Positions 46,688-59,134 of a stretch of DNA of 64,000 nucleotides are shown piece by piece. The stretch is from contig JBLDXI010000019.1 in assembly GCA_047495785.1 (NCBI GenBank), forward strand, positions 744,001 to 808,000, written 5' to 3'. Position numbers and translations under genes: made by a program. Source of the stretch: Lepidodermella squamata. Lineage: Eukaryota; Animalia; Gastrotricha. The stretch's first letter is position 1. Each line of letters opens with the position of its first letter. The notes under the pieces are model-generated. The model searched no databases and had not been told where the DNA came from. It worked only from the letters and a program-made list of their open reading frames with translations.

Positions 46688-47775
46688 ATGGGTCATGTCA
46701 ATCGCGGAGCGCTATTAGAAGATCAAGACGAGGAAGATGTCTCGGTCGAGATCGTAAAAGTACTTGGAGAAGGAACCTTTGGGAAGGTTTACATGGTTCG
46801 AAAGATGACCGGTGCCGATGTCGGCACGCTGTATGCAATGAAAACTACCTACAACGGCGAAGAGGGTCAAATTGCTGAGCTGGAAGAGGAGTGGAAAATA
46901 TTGGAAATCCTGCCGCCCCATCCATTTATAAGTAAACTAGATTTTTCCGATTTTTCGAATAATTTTCAAATTTTTTTATAGTAAAATTTCACTACGGCGT
47001 TATGAATCCTCACTGCAAGCCATATTTGTTTCTGGAACTGCTGCGAGGTGGTGATTTTTATTCAATTATAACAAGTCGAGGCTGCCTATCAGAAAAAGAA
47101 GCGCAATTTTATCTGGCCGAAATCGCCCTGGGTCTCAGCCATCTCCACGAGAATAGCATCATCTACCGCGATTTGAAGCCTGAAAACATTCTGCTCGACA
47201 CCGAAGGCCACGTCAAGCTTTGCGATTTCGGTCTGAGCAAAATCCACGATGAATCTATCGAAAACGCCTCGCCTAACCGGAAAGAAAATGCCGACCCATC
47301 TTTGTCGTACAAATGGTGCGGAACAATCGAGTACATGGCGCCGGAAGTTGTCGCTCGGAAGGGCCACAATCACATGGCGGACTGGTGGAGTTACGGCGTT
47401 CTTGCGTTCGAAATGCTGACAGGAAAACATCCATTCCGAGGCAAAACCAAAAAAGAGCTCATGTTCCAAATTTTGAAATCGAAACTTCAAATGCCGCAAC
47501 ATTTCAGCGCTGAAACACAGAATCTACTTCGAAGTTTCTTCAAACGAACCCCGATAAACCGAATCGGTTCTGGGCGAAATGGCTTTGAAAACGTGAAAAA
47601 GCTGCCGTTTTTCAAATCAATTGACTGGCAGAAAGTTTACGATAAAAAATACACGCCGCCAATCAAACCGATTGCCCTAGTTACGGACATTTCGGATAAT
47701 CTTCTGTTATCATCAGAGGATGAATCTTCAAGCGATTTTGAATTTCCGTTTCTTGATCTGCCATTCCCAATATAA
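46688..47775 (+). CDS. Truncated RSK-like kinase 2 (N-terminal kinase domain only)
   Basis: Exons 46688-46931 and 46982-47775; [37 protein letters not shown]; same intron position as RSK. Confidence 0.88.
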
Positions 47776-47960
47776 TAGACGCGTGAAATGTTGGTAACAC
47801 CATTATTTACTCGAAAATAAAAAATACCATAATATCAGCAAATATGCGTATGTTATCTTATAGATAATAATTATCAAGAAATATTGCTTGAGTGATTTTT
47901 TTTTTGGTTCCGAACGATCCATCATATAGAATTCTATACACGTGATGTCGAAAAAGTTGT

Positions 47961-50031
47961 CTAGCTTTCAGTCAGTTCAACGAGCTGTGGTATCATTATG
48001 AAAATGACTAAGGGTGACAGGAAGGCCATTGTTACGGCTAGTGACATGAGGCAAATGTCGAGGAAATGCGATATGTCGTGCCATGTGTTGAATAAATACG
48101 GCTGTGAGCTGCTGACGTCTTCCCTCGGCTGCTCAATGACACTCGGCGGAGGCAATGAAGCGGCGCGATACTCAGCATGTAACATCAAATCCGATTCCTA
48201 AAATAAAGAAAAAAATTGAATTAAATAAATCAACAAAAATATTAGTATGCTTAAGAGTTTGATCTTCTTTTAAATTTTTTTGAAAAATATTTTAAAATTT
48301 TTAGAATTCAAAATTTTTTGAAAATATTCAAATTTAAAATTCTGAATTAAAAAATTGAATAAAAAATTCTTTTAAAATTAAAACATTGCCGAAAGGTTTT
48401 CAGGGAATTAAAATTGATTTTAAGAAGGATTAAAACGTACATTTTCATATCGACTGTTCCTGTGTTGTTGTTGCATTTCCGTTTCGTCATCACCCGACGG
48501 CATATTTTTAATAATAACATCACCGCTAGGTTCAGCTGCCACCTCAACAGGTGCTTTTTGGCGCCGAGTTGGCGGCGTCCATTGGCGCGACAGGCGCCGC
48601 CCGATGACCCGCGCCTTGTACATAGGGTTAGGAATACGCCGAATCCACGCTGGTATATGGTGCTTCTTATCCGCATAGACGGCGAATTTCGCAACGAAAA
48701 TAGACGTGCAGACAGATATTCCAGAGATGAAAGTTACGATGAAGATATAAATAGCGAGCAGTGGCACATCGGTTGAGGTTTTTGGAAGCTGTAAAAATAT
48801 TAAAAAATTAAAAAACTCCACCTTAATTTTCCTATTTTGTTCTAAAATTATTATAAAATTCACCTGTGATACAGCAACTGAGTGGAAAACGACAACGGAA
48901 AGAAGCGTTGTAGTCGAAGAGCCGACACGTTGCGGATGAGTAGCAGGTAGGAAGAAGAAAAGTAATTGGACCATTGATAGAAAAATAGCCGGTAAAATGA
49001 CGTTGAGCATGTGATAAATGCGCGCGCGTTGCAGTGCGATAACGAATTCAACGCGCGTGAAGGTTGTCCGCGAGCCGAGTTTGTTCAACACGTTGTAGCC
49101 GCTAACTGAAAGCAAGTCCCAAGTTTCACCGCCTAGAAACATGCGAGTATCAACAGGCTCCAACTCGGAGCGAAGAGTCAAGTTCATGAATCTAATATCG
49201 AGAGTAGGACTTTCTAGAACAATGCGACACTTTTGCCTATATCAAGGGAATATTTCCAATTAAATTATGAAATTTATATCGTAAATTTTAACCAACTTGT
49301 CGAAGGGGAAATATCTCAGCTGGAGCTTGCAATAGGTCTTGATGATACCAGTCGGGTGCCACCAAATTCGACCCGTGCTTTCGACTTTCATTTCAAAACG
49401 AGTGTCCCTAACCACGTGATAAATATCTGAGACGCTGTTCCTAAAATTGAAAAAAATAAAGACAATTTAATTAGCAATTCATTGAGTTAGGAAAACTAAC
49501 AAAATGCCGACATCAGGTGCCCAGAGCGAATTCCCAGGTATAACCATTTCCGACACGTTGTAGAACGATTTTGGATTCCAAGCTAGACGAGAATCTCGCC
49601 AAGTCTGAAAATCGAAATTAAATAAAATTTTAAAAAATTAATTCTTCTACCAATTGCAAGCGGATAGTTGTTTCCAACACTTCGTTTTTCTCGTTAAGAT
49701 CTTGAATTTTAATCGGAATCAATTTGAGCATGACGTGAGTAGGCAGGTGGTCGCTGTTCTGCTGCTTGTTCACCGGGTGAGTAAGGAAGGCCAACAGGCG
49801 CTGGCGGCTGATAGCCGAGGCGCTCGAGCCGGGATCAGCAGCGACTGTCGACGGTCGATAAGTCATGGCTGGCCGGGCTGTAGTCGGTGCAGTCTGGGGT
49901 AGGCGAGTTTCATCTTTCGACGAGGTAACTGCTTGTAATAGCGCCCATTGTGGGTCGTATGCTTTTGCTAGATCAATTAATAGAAGCGCGAGGACCCATC
50001 TCCATAACTTATGACATTCAAACCACTCCAT
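47961..50031 (-). CDS. Cys-loop ligand-gated ion channel subunit, nAChR-like non-alpha (paralog 1)
   Basis: Exons ~50031-49651, 49604-49501, 49440-49297, 49236-48864, 48788-48441, 48197-47961; WRDSRLAW, LWAPD, Cys-loop CKLQLRYFPFDKQKC, M1-M4, LPKTSTDVPLL. Confidence 0.9.
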
Positions 50032-53000
50032 CTATGGATAAAAAAAAATCACAAAATTAGCGTGAGAGGACTAATTAAATGTATTGACTAAATTATTTGA
50101 ATAATTCGCTAAATAATTGTTGAATAAATATAAATACAAGTGCTAAATTGAATTTAATAATTTCGGCTCGAATTTGATACCAAACTACTCCCCTTAATAA
50201 TATGTTTTGATTAATGAATTAATTGATATCCAATTCGAACCAAAATGAGACTACAACTCAATTATAGGCGAATAATAGCTGGAGATGGCACCTATCATTG
50301 GTCAACTCACAATATATAGTAGGCGTTGATGAGAAAATTCGGAACATGACTGAATTAGCGAGACTAGCGTTAATTAGAGCCTTAGGTCATGCGACGGCGC
50401 GCGCCTTATAGTATTTCGGGCATAATTTTGTAGCCAGTCGCGCACAAAAGACTTCCTCGCGAATTTCGATTTTTGTCTCGCGCAAGTTGTACAATTTATT
50501 TTTGCGATTAAACGCTTTACGCCGGCGTAGCAGCTGAACAACACGAAAATAAGGCGATGTAAAAAGGTGTAAATAGAAACATTTTTGTTGGTAAATAATG
50601 CGTCAACCAATTTAGCATAAGTAAACGCGCTGAAAAATTATGAAATTGATACTGTATTTATCAGCTTTCGCAGATGTATTTACATATTTTTATTACGACG
50701 GCCCGCTCGGCTAAACAAGAAAAAGTATATACTAGGCAATAAATAAAAGGGTTATCACAAATTATTTTCTCCTTGAGCGATGAAGACAGGTCCCGTTATT
50801 TCGATCATAAAGGGAAATTTATGGGCGTGGTTTTATATCTAAACGCACTGCTCTCTCTGACAGGTGATATATCGCTATTTCGATAAAAAAGAAATGCATT
50901 GATATACCACCTTAATGATGTAATTGTTTTTTGATTGTGTAGACGAACCGTCTCAAGTCTTTTGATCTTGCCCATTGTTAGCTCTCAGCATTCAGCGAAA
51001 AAAGGTGTAGTAAGTTATTAAGCCTCACTATAACTCAGGGCCATATAGGTAATAATGCGAGCGCGTGCGATTTTTGTATGAAAAAAAATGTGATATTAAT
51101 AGCAACCGGTTGTAGACGCGCATCATTGCCGGTGAAGCGTTGAAGCAGCATCAGCTGTCATGACAATATCTCGCACTAGACTAGAACACGCGGCCTCTGG
51201 GTTTTTTCTTCGCCAAAAGTACCCGCACCGCCAGATGCGCCTCGCGTTAAAACGCTCTAGTTCAGTTCGCGCTTCAAGGAAACGCAGCTGGTGGCGGCAT
51301 TTCAAGTGAGAGAAAAACAATTGCTAGCCAGCACGCGCGTAGAAAAAACAGTGATTTCCTGGCCTTAACACGGCAATATTGCGTTATAGGCGTTACAATC
51401 AACGCCGGTATTATCTATGTATAAACACGCTTCACGGTTGGTAATAAAAACCAACTATACCACACCTGTATAAAATATACAAAAAATTGATATCGAATAT
51501 ATAAAAAAACGTTATTTAGGCTACGTCCAGTCATACGGGAATAAATTTATTAATATTCGCTTGATTTAGCCGACTAATCTAACGTTAGCGGATCGTTTGA
51601 CGGGCGCAGCTACGGCGGTGCGAAATAGAACAATAGGGACAAGAAGGGGGATAAAAACAGTGTAATCAAGCCTGTTTAGGAGTGGCTCTTCAGGGAGGTT
51701 ATCCGCGTGCTTGAGAACGCTCCTGGTTTTTGTGCTGTGTCACCCGATGCCTTAACGGCGATTCTTTTATCATTAGAATAGCTACAGTATTCAGAGACGA
51801 CACGCCGTTATGCGCAGCGCACAGGCGAAACGTGTTTGCGCAAGTCGAAGTGTATTAGCTTCTATTTCAGCTGACCAGCAGGATGAGGGCTTTATCAAAT
51901 AGCCGCAGGAAAAAACAACCGGCAGCAGAGCACCAGATGCCTGATGGCGTGCCGATGGACATTAAATAAAGCGGCATGTGACTTGAGAGACGGACCAAAA
52001 AACTTAAGAACCTCGGTATTAAAAGCTTAAATATCCTGTCTGTGGGACATTTTTTGGCTTCAAGCGACTTTCAGACGCGCGGTCCAAAATATTCATTCGA
52101 CTTGTATTAAGGTTGAGGGCAAATTTGAGAAAGTCAATATGCTTTCCTTTATAATCGGAAAAATGGTTGTTAAGAAGACAAGGGATATAATCAAGAAAAT
52201 TAATCCTATTTTAATAAAAAATGAGCGCGCTTAACCGCCGTGAGGCAAAGCGCAGCCGTTTTTTACATATTATGAAAGTCGTGTGACAATTTTTTGCGGC
52301 ATTTCGTTTTTGCATTCCCATGCTCTATTGTCAGACCTCGCTATTCCATTGGAATTCCAAGATTTAAACTTAAATTCAAGGCGCGCCAAGTAAGAGAATG
52401 AGTACACGCTCTTTTAAAATGTAAGCTAGCAAAAAAAAAACAAGTTTCCAAGCAACAAATTAATTGAGAGAGAAAACAGCTCTTGATTTCTCGTTGAATT
52501 TCATTTTCATCATCTTTTTGTTCCCGAACTGTTTACATGAAACTTTTGGGCCTGTCTGGAGTATCAATTAGCCGTCCAGGAATTAATAAAGAGGCGCGCC
52601 TCTTCGCATTTTTTACCCGTGTGATTTTGGGAGAATAAAGGTGACGCGTCGTATTGTGGGGCAATGAATGGCTGATGTTTTTGAATAGGTTACGAAGGAA
52701 TTTAATTTTTTTCCAGTCAAAACTTGAAGAAAAACAAATTACTGGGGTTGTCCTTGATAATAGCAATTGCTTTTATTTCAATTCCACATGCTTTCCTTAG
52801 CTAAAAGGGAATGAAAGGCAAGTGCCCTCGGATTCCCACGTTATTTATCACAGCAAAATGAAAACTACTTGGCTACTTTTGCTATTAGTAGCCGAACCCA
52901 GACTTGAAGAACAAAAACCCAGGTCATTAGTCACTAGATCCAAGCAGGTTACTTTTTATTAGGGCCAGTCGCTAAAACAAAATCGCTTCGAACATGCTCT

Positions 53001-53867
53001 TGCGGAGACACCTGCGCAGCTGCTTGTTGAATTGAGAACCCAAACAACGGCCCAAATGACGGCAACGTCAACGAGCGTACCTCGTGAAAGGTAATAACCC
53101 TCATATTCCCTTCAGATTCCTATTATATTCTTCACATCAAAATAAAAGTCCGAAAGAACCAGTTTGCTATCAATAAATCCGCATCAATAAATCTGCTAAA
53201 AAAATTCTCACAAATAATGACCGATTTGTTGAGTTCAGAATCAATCAACCACTCTGATTCATAACGATATCAACTTTGAGGCAAGAAAATAACTTTTATT
53301 TAGCATAGGTAATGAACGGGAATAAAGTCGAGAATATAAGTGATATAAGCTCACATAACGATTATAAGAGTCATATCAGAATGTTGCGAATTGCATGCTG
53401 ATTCACTTTGGGATAGTCCACGGATCATTTAGATTAGCGTAACACTGGAGCACTGCTTTGTAGACCGGGCCAACCATCACCTAGAAGGTATGCATCGAAA
53501 AATTAGTATGAGCAGAAATATTCGCAACTTTGAAAAAAAACCTCGCCGACATTGCAACCATGCGAAAGTTTTCTGCAGCCAACCCAACGTTTCGGCGCCA
53601 ACTTGACGCATCTGACGTGGTCCTGTTTTAACGCAAAAATAATATAACACCTTCACAGTGGAATTCAAAAGGAAAGGAAAGATCTAATATTGAGGATTTC
53701 TATAATAAAACATGAAGGATTTCAAAGGATTTCAAAGCCATTCAAAGTCAGTTCAAAGTCAGTTCAAAGTCAGCCAAATGAGTCCACAAGAAAAGCAAGA
53801 AAACCTCGAACAGTGGTTCACTATCGAAAAACCACCCGGTATAAGTGCGGCCTCCTTTAAAGACAAA

Positions 53868-56256
53868 TTAAATGTTTACTTCAACGGGGCGGTATTTCAT
53901 ACACGTGTCGTAATTGCGTGAGAACTGGCGGTATTTGTTAAATCTGGTTTGAAACTAAAAAGGATGAGAAAACATCTACAACATTCAGCATTTTAGATTT
54001 CTCAATTCCGACCTGAACTTCGCTCGATTTGCACGACATGCTACCCGATATGCACCTTGTCTTATTTGCAGCCACATCGTAGCACCGTATTGCGACCTGA
54101 AAAAAATATAAACACATTAATCATTGAAGGAACCTTAACGTAACCTCACGTACCCCTTGTGAACAGGTTTTATTACTCGAAAACGCTGTGCCAATTGTAA
54201 ACTCGCTTTCATGACAGGTTGTACGGCAACCAGTGAATTTAGAGTTGGATTGCTTCACGCATCGATAGTAGCCCTAGAAAATAAATAAAGGTGACATTTG
54301 AAGTAAACTTGAAGATAACTCCCACACTACACAGAACCTTGTACATCTCATTTTTATGAACTCCTTAACAATTGACAGAAAAATTAACAGCCAATCGTCA
54401 GTGAAAAACCACGAGCTTAAATTTTGAAAATCTTATATACTTATTATAAGATATAATTCTAGCCTTTACTTGAGATGGGAAAGGGTGAAAATGATATAGC
54501 TCACCAGATGTTGAGGGGAGTCTAGGAACGTCTCGCAGATGGCACCAACACCAGCAGTTTGACAGGCTACATCATTAAGACGTAGATTTCCCGGGTAAGC
54601 GCCAAGCTGAGAATACTCGTTGAACGCGCAGCAATCTCCATCGCCACTCGGTTCATTAGGACCCCACAGAACATCGTCGTCCCATAGCAGAGAACCATCT
54701 TTCCACAGAAAGGCCTTCTGAGCTTTTCTAGCCCCGACCCAAGCATTATTTACCGAGTTGATCTTCATCAGGTCTTGGACGAATTTGAGCTCGGCGGGAT
54801 CTTTGATTGTTGCCAGTCTGGCTGTCATCAGCTGACACTCTCTGCTGGCCACTAGTTGAGAGACGATCGATTTGTTGATCACACTGAACTGTTTTGCAGA
54901 AGACGATACATTCACAGTCTCGCATATGGCTCCGCCAGCTTGAACGTTACAGGCTACATCATTCAGAAGCAGATTTGCTGGGTAAGAGCCAATTTGAGGA
55001 TACTCGATAATCGCGCAGCAATCTCCGTCGCCAGTCGGTTCATTGGGACCCCACAGAATATCTTCGTCAGATAGCTGAGAACCATCTTTCCAAAGAAAGG
55101 TTTGCTGAGGTGTTCTAGCGCCGACCCAAGCATTTGTTAACGAGTTGTTTTGCATCAGGTCTTGGACGAATTTGAGCTCGGCGGGATCTTTGATCGTCGC
55201 AAGTCGGGATGCTATCAGCTTACACTCTCTGCTGGCCACTAGTTGAGAGACGATCGATTTGTTGACCACAATAAAATGTTTTGCAGAAGACGATGCATTC
55301 ACAGTCTCGCATATGGCTCCGCCAGCTTGAACGTTACAGGCTACATCATTCAGAAGCAGATTTGCTGGGTAAGAGCCAAGTTGAGGATACTCGATAATCG
55401 CGCAGCAATCTCCGTCGCCCGTCGGTTCATTAGGACCCCACCGAATATCGTCGTCCCATAGCAGAGAGCCATCTTTCCACAGAAAGGTCTTCTGAGCTTT
55501 TCTAGCCCCGACCCAAGCATTATTTAACGAGTTAATCTTCATCAGGTCTTGGACGAATTTGAGCTCGGCGGGATCTTTGATTGTCGCCAGTCTGGCTGTC
55601 ATTAGCTGACACTCCCTGCTGGCCGTAATGTGAGAGACAATCAATTTGTTGATCACACTGAAGTGTTTTGCAGAAGACGATGCATTCACAGTCTCGCATA
55701 TGGCTCCGCCAGCTTCAACATTGCAGGCTACATCATCCAGAAGCAGATTTGCTGGGTAAGAGCCAAGTTGAGGATACTCGATAATGGCGCAGCAATCTCC
55801 GTCGCCACTCGGTTCATTGGGGCCCCACAGAATATCTTCGTCAGATAGCTGGGAACCATCTTTCCAAAGAAAGTCTAGCTGAGGTGTTCTAGCGCCGACC
55901 CAAGCATTTGTTAACGAGTTGTTTTGCATCAGGTCTTGAACAAGTTTGAGCTCGGCAGGACCATTGATCGATGCTAGTTGACCCGAGGCCTCCTGGCACA
56001 CCTTAACAGCTGAGCCGAAATTTGCAATTTGCGAGGAGGTATTGATTACAGTCAGCTTCTTTGATGCATATGTACAACCTTGCTCGGTGACGAAGGTGTA
56101 GTTGGCTGGAAATTGAATCCAGCCAGGTTGGCAGGTGTTCTGGCGGCATTCGACTGAGTCGTCCGTCCCAACATTAACGCAGCGCACCCAGGAAGAATCG
56201 ACCAATCCGCAGATAGCCGTAATGAGGAAGAGAACAGGTTTATAACTCATGAGCAT
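53868..56256 (-). CDS. Secreted C-type lectin with four tandem CTLDs and small Cys-rich flanking modules
   Basis: Signal peptide; four 129-aa repeats with AWVGA, WGPNEP[ST]GDGDCC and L[ND]DVAC; exons 56256-54505, 54273-54154, 54096-54013, 53954-53868 (last intron inferred). Confidence 0.88.
54530..56060 (-). repeat. 387-bp coding tandem repeat x4 (CTLD units)
   Basis: Near-identical blocks recur at 387-bp spacing, for example the antisense ORFs starting at 54856, 55243 and 55630. Confidence 0.9.
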
Positions 56257-56660
56257 TTTTTGAAATGAATTATGGAACAAATCAAAAAGCTTGTTAGTTG
56301 TTAGCACTCGCTTTGTAGGGCGCAACACGATATAGTTGATGAAATTGAAATCACTAAAATGGCCATATTACAATTATATTATTATTATTACTATTATCAT
56401 CAAAGCACGCGATCTACGCATCGCGCGCTAGTTATATTTGCGCCTGGGCGCCGTAAAACATTGTCTCTTTTAAACATTATGTAACACGTCAAAAGGTGCC
56501 TATTTAACAGCATTGAGTGAGGATCAGCTGTCGAAGTACTCGAATAAAGAAACGGCCCGAATCATTTTTGCCATAAATAACATTTTTTGTTGCTTTCCTT
56601 GCCGACGGCCTCAATGATATGGGAAAGATTTTCATAGGATGAAAAATCGGCCCATGATAA

Positions 56661-57093
56661 CAGTGACTTTGATTTGATTTGATTTGATTTATTCAGTGAA
56701 TAACAGGTCTTTGTAAATCAATCATTTCAAATCAAATCCCCGAAAAATCGATCGTAAATCAATCAAATCAAATCATTAGGCCAGTTTAAATCAAATCAAA
56801 TCTTTCGCATAGGGAAACATGAGTATCGTGGTATATTTCTGAGGATTCTTTCAAATTTTGAGCTTGGTTTTGGCAGAATGAGTCTAAATGAGGATGAAGA
56901 GCTTTAGAAAACAGGCACATTTTTTCAAGGCAAATGTGAGTTCTCATTCTTAACATGGGGAATTCCGAGATTTCTGACAATTTCTCTAAATCAGCAGTAA
57001 ATCAAGTGGGCTAAATTGAAATCAAATCAAATCATCCTGAAATTTTGTAAATCAAATCATCAAGAAATGGCCTAAATCAAATCAAAGTCTCTG
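56661..57093. mobile_element. hAT-like non-autonomous element with (GATTT)n/(AAATC)n subterminal arrays
   Basis: 20-bp inverted ends CAG[T/A]GACTTTGATTTGATTT with one mismatch; many internal AAATC units; CCATGAT occurs on both flanks as an imperfect target-site duplication. Confidence 0.65.
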
Positions 57094-57399
57094 CCATGAT
57101 GTTGCTCGTAAAGGCTGCAAATGAGAATTCGCCTATTAGATAAAGAGATATAGATAGTCAAGAGTCCAAATCCGCTTTTGGTCTGCGCTTTTGATAAATT
57201 ATGATAATAGTCTGAGGTTACAAATTGTTCTTCTTATCGCGCCTGAAACTTGGCGTTAAAGATGTTACTGTCATGTTCTGAACTTGGAGACAGTCTCTAA
57301 TTTTATTCATGTGAAGGCCGATACATCTTGTAACAGATTTGAATTGGTCCGTTATTAAGGTGTACATGTTGCGACGAATTGTCAGAAAGTTCGCGTTGA

Positions 57400-59134
57400 T
57401 TACACATATCCAACCACATTGGGAATAACGAAAAACAGGATTAAAGGTGACGATACAGCAATGAATGCAGCCAACGTGAACAGCACACCGTCGACCAAAT
57501 CGGCCACGTCAGACCACGAGCTGAACATGTACCTCGTGCAATGTTTCGCCACCCCTTCACTTTCCACTTTCTGTTGAAAAAAAAACGAAATATTATCTTA
57601 AAAGGTTTAAGAATAAAGATATTTAACCTCTTCATCGGTATTGACTTCAAGATGACCGATTTCAGCCTCAGTTACGTTGCCCTTATCAACGCGCCGGTAG
57701 ACACAGGTGGGGCATTGACATTTCCTACAGCTAGGAATTCTCTGGATCCATAATGGCAAAGTCCGTCTTCTATCGTCATAAACAGCTAATCGAGCGATGA
57801 AAATCGAAGTTCCAACAGAGAGACCCGATATGAAAGTGACGATGAAAATATAAATTGCCAGAATCGGAACATCCGTTGAAGTTTTCGGGAGCTGGAAATT
57901 TCAGAAATTATTTAAAATTTCTTAAAAAAAAGGATGAAACCTACATTTGAAGCGACCACAGATTGAAAGACCACCACTGAAAGTAAAGTTGTGGTTGAGG
58001 ATCCAACTCGTTGAGGATGAGTTGCCGGCAGCAGGAAGAACAGAACTTGAACGATTGAAAGAAAAACCGCCGGTAAAATGACGTTGAGCAAGTGATAGAT
58101 GCGAGCTCGCTCGAGGTTGATATTAAACTCGACCCGGGCGAAATACGTCTTGGACGAAACTTTATTAAGGATGTTAGACCCTGTAACGCTCAGCAGGTCC
58201 CAAGTTTCGCCAGTGATGTACATCACAGTGTCAACTGGCTCGCTCATATTACGCAAAGTCAAGTTCATGAAACGAATGTCCAGAGTTGGACTCTCTAAAA
58301 TTATCTTGCAATTTTGCCTAAAAAAATCCTCATAGAAATAAATGAGAAATTTCTGATCTTCAAAAATTACCTGTCGAAGGGGAAATATCTCAGCTGGAGC
58401 TTGCAGTAGGTTTTCACGATACCTGTAGGGTGCCACCAAATTGTTCCGTCATTTTCGATTTTCATTTCAAATCTCGTGTCGCGAACAACGTGATAAATGT
58501 CCGAAACGCTGTTCCTAAGGCGGACGATTTTTTTCAAATTTCGATTCAAATTAATTTTCTTACAAAATAGCAATATCTGGAGTCCACAGCTGCCCACCAG
58601 GAATTATCATTTCAGTTGCATTGTGGTACTGAAGCGGATCCCAAGCTAGACGAAAATCATTCCAGGTCTAATAAAATAATTCGAATATTTTTCGATATTT
58701 TTTAGAAATTTTTTAAATACAATTTGCAGCCGGAGGGTCGTTTCAAGTACTTCATTTTTCTCGTTAAGATCCTGAATTTTGATCGGCAGTAATTTCAGCA
58801 TAACCGGGGTAGGGAAGCTGTCGCTGTTCGGTTGTCTGTTCATCGGTTGAGTCAAATAAGTCATCAGCAGTTGCCGACTCGCTGAAGCCGATGATCGGTC
58901 GTTGTCACGTGGTGCTCGTTTCGTCGGCGGTTTCGGCTTTGCTGTCATGTACTTGTAGTCGCTTTCCGACTCGTGCGATGAGTAATTGTTGTTAGCGGCT
59001 GTCGACAACCGGCGCGCTTCTTGTTCAGCAGCCAAGGCGTTGAAGAACACGCTTTTCGAAGTCGAAGAAACGTAAGAAAGTGCGGAACAAATAAGAAGGG
59101 TTAAGAATAGAGCGAAAAAAGAACGAGCTACCAT
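57400..59134 (-). CDS. Cys-loop ligand-gated ion channel subunit, nAChR-like non-alpha (paralog 2)
   Basis: Close paralog of 47961-50031: IQDLNEKNEVLETT, CKLQLRYFPFDRQNC, LPATHPQRVGSSTTTLLSVVVF, M4 WSDVADLVDGVLF...; stop at 57400-57402; matching intron positions. Confidence 0.9.

Noticed and set aside
50100-53700. Long ORF-poor interval upstream of channel paralog 1
   Set aside because: No convincing exon, RNA gene or repeat could be supported by eye; probably regulatory or UTR-intron sequence.
53715-53772. Short 10-11 bp tandem repeats (aaggatttca, aagtcagttca)
   Set aside because: A degenerate minisatellite without spacers; not CRISPR-like and with no evident function.
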